Shown here: one piece after another, positions 59,300 to 64,000 of the stretch
How the letters are laid out: each line of letters opens with the position of its first letter
Position numbering within the stretch: position 1 is the first letter of the stretch
From: an uncultured Desulfarculus sp.
GTDB taxonomy: Bacteria > Desulfobacterota > Desulfarculia > Desulfarculales > Desulfarculaceae
Length of the DNA stretch: 64,000 bases
Direction: 5' to 3'
Assembly: GCA_963665125.2 (NCBI GenBank)
Contig: CAXXUK010000001.1
Location: 672,001-736,000, forward strand
Made by a program: the position numbers and the translations under genes
The notes under the pieces: model-generated
Seen by the model: only the letters and a program-made list of their open reading frames with translations
Told to the model about the DNA's origin: nothing
Databases searched by the model: none

Positions 59300-60589
59300 T
59301 TATTTAAATCGCTCGTCGATGGTCATGCCATGGATGGGCAGACCCTCGGCCTTGGCCAAGGTGGTGACGGTCTCCCTCAGGGACGCCAGGCCTTCCCTGG
59401 TTAGATACTGGAAGGTCGGCTTCTTGATGAAATCGTCGGTGCTCAGGCCGCTGAAGGCCTTGGCGCCTTGACCCGTGGGCAGGGTATGGTTGGTGCCCGA
59501 GGCATAGTCGCCAACCGGCACCGGGGCATACGGACCCATGAAGATGGAACCGGCGTGCCTGATTCGCTGTAAGGTCACGAATGGTTCGGCCGTGACGATT
59601 TGCAGGTGCTCCGGTGCGTAGTCGTTGGTGAATTCGATGGCCTGGTTCATGGTGTCGGCCACAAGCACGGCGCAGTATTCGCCGGCCTGCTCCAGGATCT
59701 CCTTGCGGGGCATATCCGGGTAGAGGGCGTTGACCTCGTCGCACACCGCCTGGGCCAGGGTGGGGTCGTCGGTCACCAGCACGGCCGCCGAATCAGGGTC
59801 GTGCTCCACCTGGGACAGAAAATCCAGGGCCAGCCAGCGGGCGTTTGCCGTGGAGTCGGCCAGCAGCAGGGCCTCGGATGGGCCGGCGGGGGAGTCGATA
59901 TCAACCATGCCGAAGACCTGCATCTTGGCGGCGGTGACGTATTTGTTGCCAGGTCCGACGATCTTGGCCACCTTGGCCACGGTGGGCGTGCCATAGGCCA
60001 TTGAACCCACGGCCCAGGGACCGCCGATCTTGTATATTTCGTGAGCTCCGGCGATATGGCAGGCCACCAGGACATAGGGGTTGGCCTTGAGGCCTTCCAT
60101 GGGCGGAGAACAGACCACGACACGCCCCACTCCGGCCACCACGGCGGGCAACACGGTCATCAGTGCCGTGGAAGGGTAGGCCGCCCTGCCGCCGGGTACA
60201 TAACAGCCCACGGCGTCCAAAGGCGTGTGTTTGCGGCCGGCGATGATCCCCGGAGCGACCTCCATCTGCCAGGCAGGGCGCTCCAACTGGGCCTTGTGAA
60301 AAATGGTGATGTTCTCGGCTGATTTTTTCAGGGCGCCAATGATTTCTTCCGGCACCTGGGCATAGGCCTGCTCGATCTCCCGGGGTGTAACCTTGAATTC
60401 ATCGGCCGTCAGATCCTCTTTCAGCTCCTTGTGCCAATCTATGCTGGCGGCGTCTCCCCTTGCCTTGATATCGGCCAAAATTCCGCGCACATGGTCATAT
60501 ACCGAAGAAATGTCTTCGTTTGATCGCTGCATCAACCGCTCAAGGCGTTCACCGCTCAGTTGGGCAAGTTTTTCTGGTTTTAAATTCAT
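59300..60589 (-). CDS. hisD: Histidinol dehydrogenase
   Basis: YVPGG, KIVGPGNKYV, PAGPSE, SQVEHD, APEHL, GDYASGTNHTLPT. Confidence 0.95.
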   Translation of the reverse strand: MNLKPEKLAQLSGERLERLMQRSNEDISSVYDHVRGILADIKARGDAASIDWHKELKEDLTADEFKVTPREIEQAYAQVPEEIIGALKKSAENITIFHKAQLERPAWQMEVAPGIIAGRKHTPLDAVGCYVPGGRAAYPSTALMTVLPAVVAGVGRVVVCSPPMEGLKANPYVLVACHIAGAHEIYKIGGPWAVGSMAYGTPTVAKVAKIVGPGNKYVTAAKMQVFGMVDIDSPAGPSEALLLADSTANARWLALDFLSQVEHDPDSAAVLVTDDPTLAQAVCDEVNALYPDMPRKEILEQAGEYCAVLVADTMNQAIEFTNDYAPEHLQIVTAEPFVTLQRIRHAGSIFMGPYAPVPVGDYASGTNHTLPTGQGAKAFSGLSTDDFIKKPTFQYLTREGLASLRETVTTLAKAEGLPIHGMTIDERFK

Positions 60590-60674
60590 GGTTCGTACCC
60601 TTTAACAGGAAAATTCGCACCTGAGCAGATACCATGCCCGGGGCGCCATTACAATACATGCGCTGAAAATGGAT

Positions 60675-61526
60675 TTATTTGCCCCGGTATTTAGTGATGG
60701 TAACCGAGTTGCCGTTGCCGTTGTACTGCACCTTGTCCATTATGGCGTTCATCAGGAAAATGCCCCGGCCCCTTTCCTCCAACATCGTCTCGGGACGGGT
60801 GGGATCAAACCGCTTGGAAAAGTCGAAACCGCCGCCCTGATCGCTTATCGTCGCTACCAGTAGATCAGGGTTTAGCTGCAAATGGAGGGTTATGCTTTTG
60901 GCTTCGTCCCATTCGTTTCCATGTTCCATGGCATTGGTGATGGATTCGACCAGGGCGAGTTTTAGGTTGTTGTCAAGATCATGGTCGGCATAACCAACGG
61001 CCACCGCCAGGGTGCTGACAAGATAAATCAGTTCGTTGATATAGCTAAGTTTGCTCGGTGCTTGCACGGTGGTGGTTTGGTCTATGCTGGTGAAGTCCCT
61101 TTTTAATTCGCTCGGCCGTCTGCTGAAGTTCAGGCTCTGTTCGATGACCCTGTGCAACAGGTCGATCTTTATGGGTTTGGCCAGGAAATTCTCCGCGCCG
61201 TTTTTAAGAGCGCGGACCACGGTTTCCGTATCGCCGTAACCGCTGATAATCACCACCGGCACCTTTGGGTTGATGTCTTTTATGGCCACCAAAAGTTGCA
61301 GGCCATCGAGACGCGGCATTTTTAAGTCGGTGAGGACAAGATCATAGGCACCGGCCTGGAACATCTCCAGCGCCTCCCGCCCATCGCAGGCCATATCCAC
61401 TTCCAGGCCCCGTGTTTTGAAAAAACGCTCAAGCAAGTCCCTGAGGCCTACCTCATCATCGGCGATCAGCACCTTGGCCTTTTGGCTGATACTCCGGGAA
61501 GGCTGGTTTGCGCCTTTTGGAATCAT
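60675..61526 (-). CDS. Receiver + RsbW-like anti-sigma/Ser kinase HATPase fusion
   Basis: REC (TDLKMP); LALVESITNAMEHGN, DQGGGFD, GRGIFLM. Confidence 0.9.
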   Translation of the reverse strand: MIPKGANQPSRSISQKAKVLIADDEVGLRDLLERFFKTRGLEVDMACDGREALEMFQAGAYDLVLTDLKMPRLDGLQLLVAIKDINPKVPVVIISGYGDTETVVRALKNGAENFLAKPIKIDLLHRVIEQSLNFSRRPSELKRDFTSIDQTTTVQAPSKLSYINELIYLVSTLAVAVGYADHDLDNNLKLALVESITNAMEHGNEWDEAKSITLHLQLNPDLLVATISDQGGGFDFSKRFDPTRPETMLEERGRGIFLMNAIMDKVQYNGNGNSVTITKYRGK

Positions 61527-62710
61527 GGCAAAAAATCCATAATGATGTATGCCACATCGTCATGGAACTCACCGCCCACAAACCGGCTCAGATGATTTAA
61601 CACCACATCTCTGGTTTGCGTGGGGGGGAGCCCCTTGGTTTGATCCATCAAGGACAGCAACCGGTTCGGTCCGAATGGTTCCGCCTGTGCATTCGCAGCT
61701 TCAGTCAGCCCATCGGTATAAATGAATATTCGGTCGCCCGGTTGGACTTCGGTTTCACCGCCCGCCAGTTCCAGTACTTGCTCAAGGCCGCTAAATACAC
61801 CAAGCAGGTTTGACGGACCGCCCATAAAGGACGCCGCAGACCCTTTCTTTATTAGAACCGGGTGGGGATGACCACCCAGGGACCAGGTAAACAGGTGTTG
61901 GCTTTGATCGAAAATTCCGGCAAATGCCGTGACAAAGACATCTGCGGGGGTAAGCCTGACCAGATCTTCGTTTAGCATGCTCAGGGCTTCGCTTGCGGTG
62001 GCCTGTTTCTCAAAGTAGCTTTGCAGCAGAGCCTTGATGATTGCCGCCGTCATTGCCGAGGCGACTCCGTGACCCGAGACATCGGCCACGACAACTGCAT
62101 ATCGGCTTTCACCCAGTTTGAAAAAGTCGAAATAGTCACCGCCGACGCCGCTGCAAGGCTCAAAATGCCATGATACGTCCAGACCTTGAATATCCACCTT
62201 GCGCGGCAATAGAAAATGCTGGTACCTCGCGGCGATTTCCAATTCCCGGTTGAGGATCTGGTTTTGCATCCGCGTTTGCAGCACCAAACGGCGGTTGGCG
62301 ACGGCATTGCGAATCTTCAGGGGCAGGGTTATTTCAAGGTCGCGGCTGTTCAGGGGTTTGGTGAAATAATCCGTGCAGTTCATGCTCAGGGCTTTGGTGA
62401 TTGCGCCGAAGTCGTCCAGGGAACTGCTGACAATCACCGGTATCATCCTCGTATCAGGGGCCGCGGCGCGCCAGTCGAGAAATTGGAATCCATCCATGTC
62501 CGGCATGACCAGATCCAGGATGATCAGGTCGACTTCCGCACCCTTGTTGAGTATATCCATGGCCTTGCGCCCGTTTTCGGCGCTGAGGATATTATGGCCG
62601 TGGCGCTCCAGGCCGGTGCGAAGCATCTCACGGGTAAGCCTGGAATCATCGACGATCAGGATAGTCGCTGGTTGGTTTGTGGCTTCGGCGGATGTGGTGT
62701 TTGAACGCAT
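61523..62710 (-). CDS. Receiver + PP2C (SpoIIE/RsbU) phosphatase fusion
   Basis: REC (LDLVMP); GGDYFD, ADVSGHG, YTDGLTEA, DD. Confidence 0.92.
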   Translation of the reverse strand: MRSNTTSAEATNQPATILIVDDSRLTREMLRTGLERHGHNILSAENGRKAMDILNKGAEVDLIILDLVMPDMDGFQFLDWRAAAPDTRMIPVIVSSSLDDFGAITKALSMNCTDYFTKPLNSRDLEITLPLKIRNAVANRRLVLQTRMQNQILNRELEIAARYQHFLLPRKVDIQGLDVSWHFEPCSGVGGDYFDFFKLGESRYAVVVADVSGHGVASAMTAAIIKALLQSYFEKQATASEALSMLNEDLVRLTPADVFVTAFAGIFDQSQHLFTWSLGGHPHPVLIKKGSAASFMGGPSNLLGVFSGLEQVLELAGGETEVQPGDRIFIYTDGLTEAANAQAEPFGPNRLLSLMDQTKGLPPTQTRDVVLNHLSRFVGGEFHDDVAYIIMDFLP

Positions 62711-62711
62711 T

Positions 62712-63809
62712 TTATTTTGCCGCTCCAGACCCGTTTTGCCACATATTGATTATCAGTGGAGCAATGTGCTCCAAGGGGGCGATTTTTTCGGCGGCTCCTA
62801 TTTCCACGGCAGCTCTGGGCATACCATAGACTACACAGGTTTCTTTGTTTTGGGCAATGGTGTAGGCGCCAGCTTGCCGCAATTCGTTAAGCGCTCTTGC
62901 GCCGTCATCGCCCATGCCGGTCATGATGATGGCCAGGGCATTGGGCCCGGCCGAATTAACACCGGAACGGAACAACACATCCACCGACGGCTTGTGACGG
63001 TTTACCGGAGGGCCGTCCTTTACGGTTACGTAATAGCCCTTGGGGCTGTTCTCCAGGAGCATATGTTTGCCCCCAGGCGCGATCAGGCAGACCCCGGGCG
63101 GAAGCGGCTGGCCGTTGCGGGCCTCTTGAATGGTGATGAGAGACCTTTGATCTAGTCTCTTGGCAAAGGCATCGGTGAAGTTTTCCGGCATATGCTGGAC
63201 CACCGCTATGGGAGGGCTGTCGGCCGGCAATGCGCATAACACCTCTTCCAGTGCCACCGTTCCTCCGGTTGATGCTCCGATCAACACGACCATCGGACCG
63301 CCCTTGCGGGGGGGCGCCGCAGCCAGGGGTACCACCTGGCCCACCGTGAATTTAGGCGGGACCTCAGATATTTTCGCTCCAACGGGCCGACGGAGGGTAA
63401 CCTTGGCGTTGGCGGCGATTCTTACCTTGTTGACGATAAGATTACCCAGCGAATCCAGGTTCTCCCTGAGATTGTGCTGGGGTTTTGGTATGAAATCCAC
63501 CGCTCCAAGGGCAAGGGCCTGGATGGTCGCTTCCGCCCCGTGTTGGGTCTGGCTGGAAAACATGACCACCGGCGTTGGATGGGCGGCCATAAGTTTTTTT
63601 AGAAAATCAAGGCCGTTCATACGCGGCATTTCAATGTCCAGCGTAACTACGTCCGGCCTATATCTTAAAAATTTGTCTCTGGCCAAGAAGGCGTCGGCAG
63701 CGGTCGCCACAACATGGATATCCGGCTCGGCCTCAAGGACTGATCTTAAAAATTCCCTGATAATGGCAGAGTCGTCAACAACTAGTACATTTATCGTTTT
63801 TTTGTGCAT
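62712..63809 (-). CDS. cheB: Chemotaxis methylesterase CheB
   Basis: REC plus IGASTGG, VQHMP, HKPSVDVLF, TGMGDDG, VVYGMP. Confidence 0.96.
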   Translation of the reverse strand: MHKKTINVLVVDDSAIIREFLRSVLEAEPDIHVVATAADAFLARDKFLRYRPDVVTLDIEMPRMNGLDFLKKLMAAHPTPVVMFSSQTQHGAEATIQALALGAVDFIPKPQHNLRENLDSLGNLIVNKVRIAANAKVTLRRPVGAKISEVPPKFTVGQVVPLAAAPPRKGGPMVVLIGASTGGTVALEEVLCALPADSPPIAVVQHMPENFTDAFAKRLDQRSLITIQEARNGQPLPPGVCLIAPGGKHMLLENSPKGYYVTVKDGPPVNRHKPSVDVLFRSGVNSAGPNALAIIMTGMGDDGARALNELRQAGAYTIAQNKETCVVYGMPRAAVEIGAAEKIAPLEHIAPLIINMWQNGSGAAK

Positions 63810-63835
63810 ACGCACACCCAAAGGGCTCCTGAAAA

Positions 63836-64000
63836 TTAAAACAGGGTAAGATCCTGCTGGTCTGATTCATGCGCAATACGACGTTCGTATTTATCTTCTC
63901 TTTCAAGCAGACGACTGGCGTCTTCAGGAATCAATTTCTTGACATAAGCCTTGCCTCCCCTGGGCAAATAAAGAACCTTTCTTCCGAAACGTCCACCGAC
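63836..64000 (-). CDS. cheD: CheD C-terminus (partial)
   Basis: Manual translation VGGRFGRKVLYLPRGGKAYVKKL...DLTLF*; immediately upstream of cheB. Confidence 0.75.
   Translation of the reverse strand, partial: VGGRFGRKVLYLPRGGKAYVKKLIPEDASRLLEREDKYERRIAHESDQQDLTLF

Noticed and set aside
1..64000. CRISPR array, rRNA, intact integrase/transposase, phage or defence genes
   Set aside because: No regularly spaced repeats or diagnostic motifs were seen.

Overview
A GC-rich bacterial chromosome segment. Gene content (HdrA/MvhD, MetVF, DUF3786, AccA-AccD fusion, Fe-S proteins) suggests an anaerobic Desulfobacterota/deltaproteobacterium; this is inference only. (1) 1-8.0 kb: a minus-strand operon metF'-hdrA-like-mvhD-metV-metF that runs directly into a receiver protein, two stand-alone aspartokinase-type ACT proteins and a PAS sensor, with a Rex/CRP-like site upstream. 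(2) 8.4-16.3 kb: desaturase, rhodanese-ferritin fusion, PilZ, LuxR, panE, tRNA-His, accA-accD fusion, DUF3786/DUF3795 and tRNA-Arg. (3) From 16.3 kb to at least 33 kb: an island-like accessory region after tRNA-Arg. It holds IS3 relics, a 4-hydroxybutyryl-CoA dehydratase-like gene, a TetR fused to an apparently inactive SDR, an orphan carboxyltransferase, a structured leader with an AraC/MFS/TonB receptor/FmdE/methyltransferase/TsaA cluster, and a FecR-TPR pseudogene. (4) 33-48 kb: acyl-CoA ligase, permease, two-component system, MCP and RND pump. (5) 48-64 kb: core-like genes (opp/dpp ABC, nitroreductase, coaBC, udg, nfeD/SPFH, hisD) and a cheD-cheB partner-switching cluster. The best candidates for undescribed biology are the MTHFR/HdrA operon (cluster-depleted HdrA, divergent MetF, ACT-ACT-REC-PAS sensing tail), the TetR/pseudo-SDR catabolic module, and the TonB-FmdE-methyltransferase cluster with its structured leader. 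All calls come from motif recognition by eye; no searches were run.
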